From Raillietiella orientalis (taxonomy: Eukaryota): a stretch of 64,000 nucleotides of DNA. Under the pieces are notes generated by a model. The model was not told the origin of the DNA, did not search any database, and saw nothing but the letters and a program-made list of their open reading frames with translations. Of this stretch, positions 38,401 through 51,490 are shown piece by piece. The stretch is taken from assembly GCA_036172245.1 (NCBI GenBank), contig JAYWIR010000030.1:1798001-1862000 (forward strand), written 5' to 3'. Both the position numbers and the translations under genes were made by a program. Numbering within the stretch: the first letter of the stretch is position 1; the number at the start of each line of letters is the position of its first letter.

Positions 38401-39450
38401 TTCGCAGACTTTGTTGCAGGGAATCCTGGTGTAGGCGAGGGAGGAAGCAGCAAATTTCACCCGAGTGGATTTCAGCACGAAGCAGAGGGAACGGCTACCT
38501 CTCGAGGTGCCCAATGGAGCGGCCTTCTGTCGAATGGGCGCGGATGGAAAGCAGAACGGCCACAACGAAAACTTCTACGGGAGGAGTACGAGCCGCAGTG
38601 GGAGACTCAAACTGCTGTCCCGGCTTCGAAAAACGGCGGGAACGGAATGAATTCGCTCAAGGGGAAATAACGAGGGTAAGGCGACTCCCGGATCTCGCCA
38701 GCGATTAGGGCAAGTGTATGTTCGAGGCTCATAGAGCCTACTCGAATCTGAACAACTCTAGAGGACTGAGGTCATCCCTACTGAGCAAACCATGAGAGCG
38801 GCAATGGTTGCACCAAAGACCCATTCGAGGCTGCGAGCAGTTGGCTGCCAGTAGCAGGTGCCACAAAATGCGACTCTTGACTCCGGGAAAATTCTCACAG
38901 AGCACGCAGAATCCGGGAAAATAACCAAGAAGAACACAGGATTCGGCGAAAAGATGGAGACCACGACATCCTATCCATAGCTGCCAGCCGATAAGGGAAC
39001 CTGCGAACGGTTTGGAAGACGGTCAGGTGGAAAGGACCCTCAACCGGACACTCATGACCATGCGTTTTCCACGGAGGAGGAATCCTGAGTAGATCGAGGA
39101 CCGGGCATCGAGCAGGCAACGTCGAAGACGAGCTGTGCGTGGCACGTGGGGCCAAGGAAACGCGGCTCCACGTGCTCGCCTGTCCGCCGCTGCCCCCACA
39201 CCGGACAGTGCTGGAGGCGGTGACGGACCTGCAGAGCGGAGCGAGAACGGAAATGGGATTGTTCGAAAGGAACGGCAATTTTCCCTGTAATGATCCTGTG
39301 GTGCGAACCACAATTAGCCTCTTCGCCGCAAGCATTGAGACCAGAAGGGCCAAAATGAAAAGCAACGCCTGCCATCGAAATCCCGAGGGGAATTGGCATC
39401 AGGAACGGCGGCAGAATCCCAGACTGAACATATCTCCACGTATAAAAAAG
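35430..39450 (+). mobile_element. Near full-length but decayed L1/Tx1 element (ORF1, EN, RT, zf-RVT)
   Basis: Motifs in order: ORF1 'LS*YG...QPQLCYFC..SHKR'; EN 'PGRVIRV..ENVYGP', 'PIDYML', 'LLSDHALL..LWKKN'; linker 'WHRMRQTVHLFC..YG'; RT 'VDTESDFDKVNHSTLLKVSRKLGF', 'LKYASG..IYENGTG'; zinc finger 'LCVARGAKETRLHVLACP'. Confidence 0.8.
35899..35963 (-). pseudogene. U6: U6 snRNA fragment (approx. nt 27-91)
   Basis: Reverse complement AAATTGGAACGACACAGAGGAGATTAGCATGGCCTCTGCTCAACGACGACACGCAAAATCGTGAA matches the U6 core. The ACAGAGA box reads ACAGAGG, and the 5' stem is absent. Confidence 0.9.
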
Positions 39451-40059
39451 AAGATTGCGTGGATTTTTTCGAGTGCGCGGAGTGAGAAATCCAATAACCC
39501 CAATTGATGAGATTCTAAAGATAAAAGAATAATAAACTCGGAAAAGTGAATCTTTGTGCAAATGTGTCGGGCGCTTCGTGTAGTCATTTTTTTTGTATGT
39601 GAGTTGTCTTTAATAAATTCGCCCTACCTCCTTTCAGAACGTGGAGGATTTCGAATAAAGATAATAAAGATAGCCTTCCGATGGGCTTTTCTCATCGGAA
39701 GGTTGCAGGGACCTCGAGAGGGAGTGTTGAGAAGGTGTCCGCTGTTCTGAAGTCCTCGACTGTTCTGGGAGTACGCAGCAGCTGCGTGCGTAGCAGCATA
39801 GCAGCGTGAGTACCACCGTGTGCTCGGAAACAACTGCAGATGCGGGCTGCAGGAGACAGCCGTGTTCCCAAGTTACGGTCTCCTGATTGAGCTCCATGAT
39901 GGAACAGAGAGTTTTTCCATCCGTTACTCCTGGAAATCGAAGCTCCAGAGTAGAATTCAAATGTCCCGGACCGACGTCGAAAACTTGAAGAACCGTCTCT
40001 CTTTGAAGAGCTCAGTTTAGCCGTCGCGTTCAATCCTTGGAACGTTGCTGCCTTCCCAA

Positions 40060-42360
40060 GAACTTACCGTCGTTTTTTGCCACGTTTCGTGCTCTTTCGT
40101 GCTTGATAATTCTCGCTGAGATCATAAACAGACTGCTTGAGCGCAGCTCCTCTCCGATTTATTGGTTTCCTGAAATGAGTGACGGCCGTTTTAGTTTGAT
40201 CATGTGCTCTGCGATGGACACAATAAACCTGGAATGGTCGTCCCACTCCTTTCAAGTTCAGTCCAGTTGAGGCACCAACTGCACTGAACCTGTTCTGTGG
40301 CCAGTGAAGAACAGAGACGAGTGGCCACTTCTGCGAGCGGGACTTGGCCTAGCCGACCATCAGCAGGATGGTTTTCGACCGACTGTTATCCACACGGATG
40401 CATTCATTGCACGGAAAGCACTGGTGCATCTGCCTGCTCGCATCCCACACAAGTGCCAAGATACACATTCAAGAGGTTCTTGAGGGGATGCTCGGTGAAG
40501 GCCAGCTGCATCAACGCAGTTTCGGCATCGACTCTGCGACTGAAACACTGTAGGACCACGCAAGCACGGGGGCAGAACGGAACTTTCGCTCTCGAAGGGA
40601 AAACAGGAAGCGTCCCTGTGGGTCGTTCTTGGAACGAGCTCATCAAAATAGAATAACCGTTTTTAAGTCGAGCTCACTCCCGCTTAGTGAGCGCGAAGGA
40701 ACCGCAGAGAATGATTGCCAGATCTTCCTCTGTGCCAAAGGGGTGAGAGCATCGGTGAGTCGAACCTGAAATTTTGGGAAGAAAGCTGAACAATCATGAG
40801 GACGGCATACTCTTCCTGTTTTTCTATGGAAATTTCTTTGGCCACGGAAGCTAACGGCAATCTTAGCTTCCGTGACCAAAGAGAGCGTTTTGGGGTCGAC
40901 GGATGGAAGGGGAGGCAGAGGGAAGCAACGTCGCGAGTGTGCTGCAGAAGCAAACTCCAGCAGTAAGCAACAAAGTTCCCGAAACAGAAGCGGAAACTCT
41001 TACAGAAGCAGGATATCCACTCCACCGACAGGAAAGAATAACGCTCTGAAGAAAGAATTTCGATTCATCTGTGATGAAGCATGCTCCGTCCTTCCCAGCA
41101 TGAATGGCGCCTTTGATTAAGTGAAGGCAGCGCTCAAGCACTTTACGTCATTGCAATTAGTGAGGAATCTCATGCATTTAGAAGTCCTACCGTCATCTAC
41201 AGAGGAAAATCTGAACTGTCTCTACCGGTACCGAAATGACTACATCCCTTATGTCATCGCGCTTGCCGCTGCTCGACACAGAACCATACGACATTGTCTT
41301 TTGGAAATCGAAAGGAAAGCAAAAGGCAACGGCCCAAAGTTCAACTCGGGGAAACTTGGAAGCTCGGTAACTGACGGAGATCGGAGGAAGGAAGCGCAGG
41401 GTCCAGTTGAGTCCGTTTAGGATGGCGGAAGCGCTTCCAAGCACCAGCGAGAGGTGGGTACAGAGAACAATCAGTGCACGGATGAAGTGATTGTTCGCAG
41501 AGCTTTTTATGATCGCCATTTATGATTGTCCTTCTGGTGTGCAGACAAATGGTCAGAACGAACCTACATAACGGTGTGCTCGCACACGCAGGTTCGTTGA
41601 TGACGTATTCATACGTGTTAGAATGCTGCAATTTAAACACGTCGTCGCTTCTGCCATGATGGAGGGAAGGGGCAGCGAAGAGTTCACTAGCTGGAGTGTC
41701 TTGCAGAACAGTTAGTCCAGGGCAGTTTGCTCTGGACTTAGCTACAAGAATGACAAGCCAAATTCCTGTCCTTTAGAGTTCCCGTTTCCATTTCCCCTCT
41801 CCATGTGGCAGTGGCACAGATGTGTTCTAGAAGCCAGCTGCCACATTAGCGCTTCATTCTCCCCACTTTCGGTCCTCAGGATAGAAGGAGGTCCTGCCTC
41901 GGTGCGTGTTCCCTCGGAAACGCAGGGGATCCTCCAAGACAAGGCGAGCGCGGGTTGGAATTCTACAAAATGCTGGGTGCTGTAATGGTGTGGAGCGACT
42001 ACCTTGATCGACTTATTGTCAACATTGGCATCCCATTAGTAGAGGCTGCTTTCGATCTATTCTCTGTGCGGAACCAAAGCGCCAGGTGAAATTATAGAGG
42101 GGTAATTCCTTGCTGCGCTAGTCAGCGCTCCTTTCTCCAGTTTACCGACTATACGCCGTGGAGAACTGCAAGAAAGTCATATTGATCGGATCCAGTAGTT
42201 CTTATGAGCACACCAGACTTTCTGAAGTTGCTATGTAAGGTGATCTTGTAAGTGAAAGAAGGAAGATTTTCCCACTGTACTTCGTCCGTGCGATGTGCAG
42301 CAGCATGGGATTCAAAAGAGTTGTCGTCGTTGTCGTTGGCAGCATCGCTCGGCATCGCGT
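40060..42360 (-). mobile_element. piggyBac-like transposase remnants (probably two pieces)
   Basis: N-terminal 'WFRTENRSKAA..MLTI', 'WKRF..LRF', 'CFITDESKFFL..IL', 'KNRKSMP', and 'KTAVTHF..RGAALKQSV..RKSTKRGKK' (KP..I..YN..GGVD..DQ..R.+.+W.KK-like). Confidence 0.45.
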
Positions 42361-43999
42361 TGCTACCGCTCTGGATGCGGAACTTTGTGAAAAGTGATCT
42401 TCTCTACAGAGAGAAACTTCATTTGAGATTTCCTACTTCAGATGAAAGAAGACATATTAGAACCGAATGGAGCTCACGCAGGTTTCGACGTATTTATCAT
42501 TTGCAGAAGATCACTCTGTGCCATAAAAATGGATCGACATCCGTGTGTTTTTTGACTGGGTTCGACTATTTAGGCATCAGCAAATTTGCATTAGGGGAGC
42601 AATCAAGATACGAAGCTACCATTTTTAGAGGAAAGCCATGAGGCGTGTAGAATCAACCTAGAGACAAAAGCATAAGCATAAAGGCTTTGTAAGTAAAGGG
42701 AACTCGTGAAAAATGAATGCACTCATTTTATCCCACAGAAACGTAAGAACTGTTGAATACAACATGGAATGATAATATGTTGGTGCACATTAATATGTGG
42801 GAGTCGTAGGGAAGGGTCGTCGTTCTGCGAGAGTAATGGATGTCGGAGAAACACCAATTAAAGTGAACCTACTTTAATGAGAGGACCAAAACCCGTGAGA
42901 AATAATGAATCTGACTGGTACTTCGGCACAGTGAGCGGTAAGCGGAACCATCGAGCAGGTCGAGCATCCATCCGCGGCATGCCTCAGCATGGCCGACACG
43001 CACAGGGCCTGTGACACAGTGACAGCCCTCTTGCGGACGTCGACGAGGTAGACCCATCTCGGAAATCGAGTGCCAGGAAATCGTACGCAGGTGGCAGAAC
43101 AGCTTGCCTCTGGGAGGGTGACTTCTTCCCCCTTCATCACGATGGAGCGCAACCATTTTATTTATTCATTTATCCACACCTTTTACCACTGTAGCTCCGC
43201 CTAAGCGTATAGTGGAGCTGGGCGGTCGCAACGTCCCGTAGGGAGAGTTGATGTGGGGTCCAGTCCTTCGTTTCCTGTGAGTTTCTTTGCACATAAACGC
43301 CAGGAGGCAGCAGGATGAAAACATACGTTCCCTATGGCAGCCGATCTTTAATTCCTCAATCTCGCGTGAGAGGTAACTGGAAACACCAGGACAACAAGAC
43401 GCGACGGAGGAGACGGACTGTCATTTTACCACCACAACAACGAGGCTCACCGTATTCATTCACGAATCAATGTGATGCGAGCCTCACGGTTTCCAAGGAA
43501 CATCCCCATGCAGAACCGTCGCAACACACCGCTGCAACACTGCAGTGCAGTCTTCATACAGCATCGATGAGCAGTGTTCGCATTCCATGTCGGTGTACAG
43601 CATGTAGCATTTTCTCGGAGCTGCTCCATAGTACCCAGGTAATATTGATGCAATATTCATCCTCTTCCCCAATATCCCTATATTACCTCCCTCTGCAATG
43701 TCCTTCTTTCTATCCTCCAGCTCTCATCAAAAATCCTGAACCAGAACACCTGTCGTGGCCTATCTGGAGGTGCAAAAGCGAATCCACTTAGCGCGCCGAA
43801 AAAAGTGGAGGATAGAGAGAATTGGTTCCTACTCGAAAGTCGCTCTCCAGGACACTTATATATTCCTTTCGTCAATGAAGAAGCAGGAAATCCGCCCCCA
43901 CCTAAACTTCAAATTCAACAGGATGAGAGGGGATCCATCGCTTAGAGGACCCGCACGCTGCCAACGTGATGGCGGTAAGGGGTAAGAGAGAATGAATAA

Positions 44000-46431
44000 T
44001 CAAAGGTTATAAATAGGTAATAGGGTAAAGATCTCTGTCTGATCACGTCGCTTCTCCCGCAGCCAGTGCGCGATGCAGGCATCGCCCTTCTTCGCCTCTT
44101 GCTGCAGCGGGTGAGAACATCTGGTCACCCTCTTCGCTGTGCAGGGGCTTTTCGCCTTCGCAGGCTCGGCCCGACGCTCAGCGGGCGGTCGCCATCCTCT
44201 GGAGCAACACGGCGTGCCGCCGGGGCGTCCGCAGCAGGCAAAAGTCCGTCGAGAGCGAAACGCCGTCGCAGCAGCTCCTTGGGAGCGCCTTCGCAGACGG
44301 AACGGGACATTGCCGGTAGGCGTTGCCGACTGCTGCGGAGGACGGGGAGCAAGAGAGCAGGCGTTTCGGCTGCCGGCGAATCTGCGAGGGACTCCTGCGC
44401 TCGTCCAGGCACACGGGAACACAGGACTCACCAGCTCCACCGGTGGATTTGCACGGAAGTGGCGGGAGCTCCTCAAGGGCGCTGGGAGTCGCAGCTCAGC
44501 CTGCTGGACACTCGACAAGCCGTCTAGACTCGGCTACTCCTGAGAGTCAGCGGTGGGACGGGTGGTCCAGACCAGGCACGGAAGAAGCCGGACCATCCGC
44601 TTGACACTGGAGGAACCGTTGCAAGGCAAACACCTCCTTCCTTTCCCCGTCCATCGCTCCTGGAACGAGCGCTTGAGCTTTTCCTCGCATTGGTGTGTCA
44701 GTTGCGACCCTTGTCCTCCCCTCGCGCCGAATTCCCGAGCAGCGCCGCGTCTGGACCGTGACTTCCTCCTCGCTGGAAGAGGGGGCACTGCGTATGCTGA
44801 TCCCAGAGAGACGTATTCCATGGCGTGTGCTTAAGTACGAACATGCCTGCGAGGCTTGACACCTGCGTCGTACGTGCGACCCGGTACCCCGTCGTACGTG
44901 CGAACACAGTTCGGAAATCCTGTTGGTCAGTTCCGTTGCTCCCCTCCCCTCCCCTCGTATCTTCTCGAATAGACATGGCTTTCTTCCTCCGGGGATCCCG
45001 GAGGCGCTGCGGAGGCCCGCGAGCGGGTGAGGCGTTTCGACTGCCGGTAGATCTGCGAGGGGCGCTCGGGCGCTCATTCAGGGATGTCGGCGCTCGTTCA
45101 GAGGAAAATCCCAGTGCCAGAAGGAGAACGTCGCGCGCAACCACCCAAAGGGAAACACGGAGCCGTTCGGGTTCATGGGGGTGGTGGGGTGTGCTCTGAT
45201 GGACCGTTCGAAGGTGGGGGAGCTTCCGAGCCTCAGAGTGGTTGTCGTTCGAGGGTACTACGAGTTGCGGCATCGTCCAGCTGAGAAACAGTCTAAGAGT
45301 TTATTCGTCCGCGTTTCCCGAGGAATTATCATTTTTCCGGTGTTGAAGTGTAAGAGTGATATGGATCCATTTCTTCAGACTCTGAATGGTGAGTCTTCCG
45401 AAATGCCAGAATTGATGAACCCGAGAAAAGAGCACCCCGAGAAAGAGGAGGAAAGGTAGGTCGGAGGTGGGTAAAAGGGGAAAAGAATGGGTTACAAGTC
45501 TCCGGATGCCATCAAGACTCGTGAAGGAGTCCCCTTTGAATAGCACAAACGGAAAAGCACCTCAGGAGGAGGTCAGAAGCATTAAAGAGGGAACTTGTTG
45601 ATCCTCGTCCTAGATCAGGATTGTGGCAGGGAAGTTTCGGACCTCGGTTGAGGCGGAGCAGGAAAGAAGCGGTCACACGAAAGCTGATCAGTTGAGGACA
45701 TCAGAGCTAGAAGAGAGGGGAGGAACCTGAAAGTGCGAAGGTTGGTCGACAACGAGAACATCAGAGAATAATGTAGGATGCGGCGGAAAGAGGTGCTGTC
45801 ACCACCGCTGCAGTCGGAAATTCTCACAGATCTGAGGAGAGCTGAAAGATTCAAAATCTCCTGTGAGGCATTTCGCTCTCTCACCTCACTCCTCTCTTTG
45901 CTTCATGGAACCGAGCAGACTTGATCTTTGCAACGATACCTCCTCATTCCCTGGACACCGACCAGTCCCTTTGATGAAACGACGGAAGCTGCTAGCACTT
46001 CAACTCAGAGAGCGCTCTGGTTTCCTTTCTTTCTTTCAGAACGCCAACCCAGGCTCCAGGCTGCTTTGTGCGACTCCAACAAATCCAGCCACCTTGCGAA
46101 AATCGCATCCTTCGCTCCCTCAAGAGACTGGGTTCCTGCATCTTATTGAACGCGCGAAGATGCCGCTCGGCATATTCGTCCGCCAGCCTTCTTTCCGGTT
46201 TCTTTTTTTTAGTCCGCTGAGTGCTGAAGAACCGTTCTCCACCTTAGGGTTACACTCATAGAGAGCTTTTTGACACTATTCAAGCTACCCGAAAGTGAGT
46301 GTAACTCTTCAAGCTATAGGACACAACCCCGTAGGGACCACCCTATGGATCCAGGAAGGCTCCGTAGGAAGGAGTCCGTTCCGCTTACGCTTGGAAATGA
46401 GCCCCAAAGGATACCCCTGTCCTGGTTGTCT
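44000..46431 (+). mobile_element. L1/Tx1 EN-end, linker and RT fragment, interrupted at 46431 and resuming at 47588
   Basis: 'VSSRIDMAFF', 'EKQSKSLF', 'HRPVPLMKRRKLLALQLRER', and the family RT block GTGCTGAAGAACC at ~46221. Confidence 0.6.
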
Positions 46432-47061
46432 TCTATTTCCACCAGACAGACCGTGGCTTTTCTTAAAATTCAAAATAACCTCATACATTGTGGTGGGACA
46501 CGTGGTCCATCACGCTCCGCTTGTGCATGGACCTGCAGGGTCGCCGGTGCGCACACCGGCGGGGCTGACTGACAGCGAAGGGGGAGGGGAGAGAACAGAA
46601 AGTAAAAAGAGAAAGTAAATAAAACTCTTTGCGAGGATCAGGAAGAAATCACTGTTTGCTATGGGGAGTCTGCATCCTTTGCAGGATGTCAGCTAGGCAG
46701 TCCTAAGTCCAGTATTTCGTCCGAACAGGTTCCAAGTGGGGCCATCATCTCTAAGGGGGGTTCCAAGTGGCCGCAATCCGCTAAAAGTAATCTACGAACT
46801 GGACGGCGTCCCTCTCGCTTCTTCCTCTGTCGGCTTCGCTCCAGGCTGCCACAATCCTGTGGATGCAGCAAAGCGCTTCAGGGAGTGCGGCTGGCTGCAG
46901 TACGTCCCGCACAAAGTGGAGCTGTAAGAAGTCCCTAGGGGTGCCAACTGGAGTCCGTAAGGTCGTTCCGAAAGCTTCTCACAGGAACTGGAGGGCAAGA
47001 TATCCCACAAGCAGATGCGACAGGGATTCGCGTTCCCTGAATCTTCGACAGTCCGAGCTCA
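46387..47061 (+). repeat. 675-bp near-identical duplication, copy 1
   Basis: Matches 63270-63944 with two mismatches seen by eye. Identical ORF translations appear in the track. Confidence 0.97.
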
Positions 47062-47587
47062 CCCTCCGCAGCGTCCAGTGGTGCCGGCGTGCGTTGCAGA
47101 AAAGATTCCAGCAAAACAGTAAAAGTGCTGGCTGCTGCCCCTTCAAGGGGAGGTTGCTGCTGTTCTTGAGCACTGGGGATCACTGCAGTCTTGGCTAAAA
47201 ATACCGGGTAGCTCGCTTTAGCACTGTGGTCCTCGTGGAAGGGCACTCGGAGTCACTCAGTCATTTGCCGCCTTGCCGTTTGGCTGCTGCCAAGTGCCCT
47301 TCTCAGAAAAGGCATTGCTGCAGCGAGGAGGGTCCGCCCCACTCACGCGCTTACTCTTGGAATCTCAAGGATCTTCCGCAGTGAGCAGCGGATGCTGATG
47401 TCGAGTCGCAGGCAGTTCCTCTCTTCAGAGCTCAGCTCGTCGATCTTCGCCCACATGCTTACTGTTCTTTCTAGCCAGGCGCTAGAGTTGGTGGGGCAAC
47501 AGGCCATCCAGTCGTTCTCATTCGCTAAGGTGGCCATGCGTCCGAGGAGGAGACCGCATCTTCTCATCTTTCGGCCAGAGTACAAAA
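46432..47587 (-). mobile_element. 5'-truncated L1/Tx1 3' end nested inside the RT of another copy
   Basis: 'RCSLRKILE', 'CNARRHHWTL..SSDCRRFRERESLSHLLV', 'WPHL' and a 3' UTR hairpin. Flanked by GGTTGTCT and GGCTGTCT. Confidence 0.8.
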
Positions 47588-47930
47588 GGCTGTCTCCGAA
47601 GGGAACCTCTTCCTCATTATTTAAGGAGGAACCTCCCGGAAAGAATCAGCTCCTTGTTACTCCTTTGAAGAGAAGCTCTAAGGGATGCTTCCAGATTTCT
47701 ATGAAGGGCGCTCCCTGAAGGGAGCAGCGCACTTACATTCTGAAGAGTATCAATCAAAAAGCTCCATGGTATGCGATGGAGGGTCCCTCGATGGGTGGAC
47801 GGCTCCATCTTCAGAACTGGAGCAAACTCCTAAGGGGACTGACTTCTTGGTTACTGGAACGACCCTGGGGAGTCAGCTTCCAATCTCGGCCTCTCAATGG
47901 GGCATCCGATTCCTAGCTTTCACCAGTGCC
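47588..47930 (+). mobile_element. Continuation of the interrupted RT
   Basis: Colinear with 56600-57035 immediately after the CCTGGTTGTCT breakpoint. Confidence 0.65.
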
Positions 47931-48589
47931 TCATGTACAGTTCGCAAACGTGTATGCATACGTGGATTATACGCTGTACCGTCAGTAGTTACTGCATTAG
48001 AAAAAAGGAGGGAAAACTAAGAAGGATGCTGGGATCTTGTAATTTTCTTTCGTTCCGAGGACCACTTCGCGAGGATGCTGGCGAATCGAGCTCTGTGAGT
48101 CTATGCCTCACGTCATCTGGACCCAAGTTTTTTTCCTGTGACCCCGATTTTTCGACTCCCTTCTCGTCGTCGGCGAAACCTTATCAGGGAAGAGCCTTGT
48201 GGAGCCGAGATCTTCTGTCAGATCTGCATCGGACTTCCAGGAAAACGGGAGACCACTTTCCCTTGGTCTGGAGAACAAGGGTGGAATATTTCAGAAGCAT
48301 CTAGGATGTACATTTTGGTGCATGCCCATATATATGTACTCCATCCTGTCTACTTACACATGTATGTATAGGAAGCGCGCTCCATTCCTTCTTATTCATT
48401 CGTGGATGGTCATCTCTGAGAAGGGAGGAAGCTGTGATGCGCGCAACAGAGCACCAACTGCTCTTGAGAGGATTCCAAGGTCACCCGAGCAAGCAATCCG
48501 GACACTTCAGGGATTTCCAGGGTGTGAGCAGGCTGGACAAAGTCTCCTATGGTTCATGGGGGTGCAAAGGGTTTCATGCCAGCTCGCTT

Positions 48590-49550
48590 GCATGTGTGAA
48601 GCTCGTTGAGGAGGGTCAGAGGACCATTCAGAGAAAAGAACTTTTCGGATACCTCCAGGAAACGAGAGAGAGGAGCCGTCATCTTTGAAAGAATGGTCCT
48701 AGTGGCTTGCTCAGAGAAACGCGGTCTGAAGGAATGCGCTCGGGGTTTTGAAAAGGATCAAAAGGGAAAAAAAGCAGTTTGAAAAATATCATCCACACTC
48801 TATTTGGTTTCATGTAAATAGGTTTAGGGTGTCCTCTAGGTTCAGGAAGACCTTTACTGGACGCTCCCATCTGCTAGGAAGGGTACTGCAGTCCAACAGT
48901 AGCGGATGAGGAACAGGTTCCACCTTCCGCACTGGACGCAGTCCCTATACTTTGGATTGCACATTTCTAAAGTCTTCTTCGTCATTAGAGGAACTGGAAT
49001 TTTTCTGTAGCATGCCTACGGTCAAGACCCTTTCCATCGAGACATAGAAATGATGTCATAGATACTTCCCGAGAAGAAAAGTTCCACATTGAAGACACCT
49101 GAAGAACTCTAAGGGACTCATCAAGCCAACGCCTGTCTGAAAGGCTGACATCCTCGGCAGAGCTCCAGAAGCTGCCGCCACCTGCACCACGTGGCGTCAT
49201 CCAGGTGCTTGTGCGCAAAAGCAGCGTCGCACTCGATGCTGCCGAAAGACACGACGACCCCTGGAGCTGGCTTGAAGAAGAAAGCTTTGACGCATGCAGA
49301 CAGGCGCCATTCCACGGACCTGGCGGCCAACTGCAGGAAAGCGTGCACGCGGTTCCTCCGTCTCGAGGTGCTTCCGCCGCTCGTCGTCCGGAAGAAGAAG
49401 AGACAGTGGCCGAGTGCGGCAATGGAGCCGAAAGTGGCAGCTCCAAAGCGAGAAAATGCACTCGATGGTGGGGTGATCAGGCAATCATCTGCCAGCGAGA
49501 GGCGGAAGAAAACCTTGCTGGTACCTTGCACGGAGAATAGGAGCGGTGGT
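48590..49550 (+). mobile_element. pogo/CENP-B-like (HTH plus DDE_1) transposase remnant
   Basis: Psq-HTH-like 'CVKLVEEGQRTIQRKELFGYLQETRER', 'PSRHRNDVIDT..RLTSSAE' (P..I.N.DETG..TS.E-like), and 'SWLEEESF' (GW...E.F-like). Confidence 0.5.
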
Positions 49551-49675
49551 ACGTACCCGGAGATGAGCCACCATGGAGGCACGCTGCAACAAAAATGTCC
49601 TACCACATCAGTAGGCTTTCTGTGTAAAAAACCACGGTGACCAAATACATGAGATCACAGTGTTAACAGAAATCA

Positions 49676-49750
49676 CCTAACCTAACCTAACCTAACCTGC
49701 CTAAGCAGTTCCACCCTGCTCCTACCTAACTTAACCTAAACTGCCTAAGG
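49676..49750 (-). repeat. Short interstitial (TTAGG)n-type run
   Basis: (CCTAA)4CCT at 49676-49698 plus degenerate units to 49750. Confidence 0.75.
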
Positions 49751-51062
49751 TGACCTACCCCGAAAAGAAGGAAATTTCTAAGAAAGCCGGACTCACATCC
49801 AAAAGGCAAAACGCGCGCAAAAGGAAACTCTGGCAACAACGTGGATTTCATCTCGAGCTACAGGAAGTGAGGAAGTTTACAGTTTAAGAGCCTCCATAGC
49901 GGGAATGCAGCATCCGTCAGCGGTCGAGGCAGCAATCCAAATATAACTTACTCTTATAGGTTCAGATTGCTCACGCAGTGATCAGTATCAAGCCATGTCA
50001 CATGCTGTGGTATGCGTACCTGGTATAGTATTCTTGAATAAATGCATACAGCATAGTATTCTCAGATGCAATGTAGTATCTATACATAGCACCGCCATGG
50101 CATTAAGAACAGAACAGCATGGCTACATGGCGCTACGTACGCATTTCCTTCATACACAGATTGTTTCTTCCGAGAGGGAAGTGAACTGGGGTTCTGGAAC
50201 GTCAGTGGAAATGAGCGAGGAGGAGGTGTGAGCACGGAAAGCAGATCTTTAGCGGGCTACCAAAATATGGAGCAAAATATGGTACATTCAGAGGAGGAGC
50301 AAGAGAGAAGAAATGACAAGGGGTGGGGTTATTAGCTCTCGGAAGAAAGGAAACAGGTTATTACAGTACAGGATTCAGATGCATGCAAAGGGGAATCTTT
50401 CCTGATAGTCACGAGATGCGGAGAAAGAGAGAACAGTTTGTAAACAGTCACCCGGGAGATAGGATTCGTGTCAAAACAGGCGGCTGGGACTGACGTAACG
50501 GATGCTGTGGATCAAAGTCACCACTATGTCTTTCGATCCGGGGAATTCAATAGCCGATGGAATGTCTTGCGATTTACACGCAAAGGTCAGGGGGCTCAGT
50601 TCAGGGATGAACCACGTTTCCTTAGGGAGAGCCATCTTTCGGATGCCAAGTGCGGATAGAGCCAATCGAACTATCTGAGGTGGTTCAACCTGCAGGATGA
50701 ACCGCTGGCGAAGTAGCTGCACTCGTGCGGCTTGCATCCTTGCGCTCTAGAAAAAGTCCTGAAGATTTTTGAGAAGAGACGACTGCGTCTGCATTGGCGG
50801 GGCGTGCGAAAGACAGGAATAGACTAAAGACGCTGCCCGGGAACTCCGAAATTGCATCACTGGATCCCAGCCAGTCAAAGAATACTTTATTTAGAAGATG
50901 GGCCATGTCCTGTATGGATCAAGGAGGGTCCTCATGCCGCGCATGAGCAGAGAGCAGGTGCTCCAGTTTCCCTCGAAAAGCCACATCTGCCGCACTTTTC
51001 TGAGAACCTGCCGATCACTCCTACGCCTCGTTCAAAACCAACTGGTTTAGCTAGATGCGGGC

Positions 51063-51178
51063 GCACACACACATCTGTGTGTGTGTGCCTGTCTGAAACA
51101 ATACGTACAATCAATATATCCATTTCCTATCTATATCTATATCTATCTATCTATATATTTAGATAGATATGGATATAC
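51063..51178. repeat. (CA)n/(TG)n palindrome and (TATC)/(GATA) microsatellite
   Basis: GCACACACACA-TC-TGTGTGTGTGTGC, followed by CTATCTATATCTAT...AGATAGATA. Confidence 0.8.
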
Positions 51179-51340
51179 TGGCGGCCATCATCTTACACTG
51201 CTTTTTGGTAGTGGACGGGATGCTTGGAGGCCGGTTCATTCACAGGGCAGCAAACTCCTTCAGCAAACCACTCTTCCGGGAGAGCACGGAGAGTGAATCT
51301 TACTTTGCATCTATGTAGCGGACCTCCCGTAAAGGGGAAC

Positions 51341-51490
51341 AGTAGATCGATCCGGGAGGTACAGCAATACCGAGTCAACCCGCGACAGGACAGGAGCAAG
51401 CTCCAAGCATCATATCCACTTCCAAAAAGTGGTTTAATATACTAACCACCAAATGAGTGGCGTATCAGATATCAAGCTGATACGAGCGGA
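51341..51490 (-). ncRNA. U2: U2 snRNA 3' portion (approx. nt 39 to end), disrupted gene/pseudogene
   Basis: Reverse complement TCCGCTCGTATCAGCTTGATATCTGATACG..TATATTAAA..CTTTTTGG..GGAGCTTGCTCC..GGTATTGCTGTACCTCC matches U2 stems IIa to IV. The 5' ~38 nt, including the GUAGUA branch-recognition sequence, are missing. The Sm site reads ACUUUUUG. Confidence 0.93.

Noticed and set aside
50210..50900. RTE/CR1-type endonuclease fragment ('SGEFNS')
   Set aside because: Only one or two weak motifs, so not supportable.
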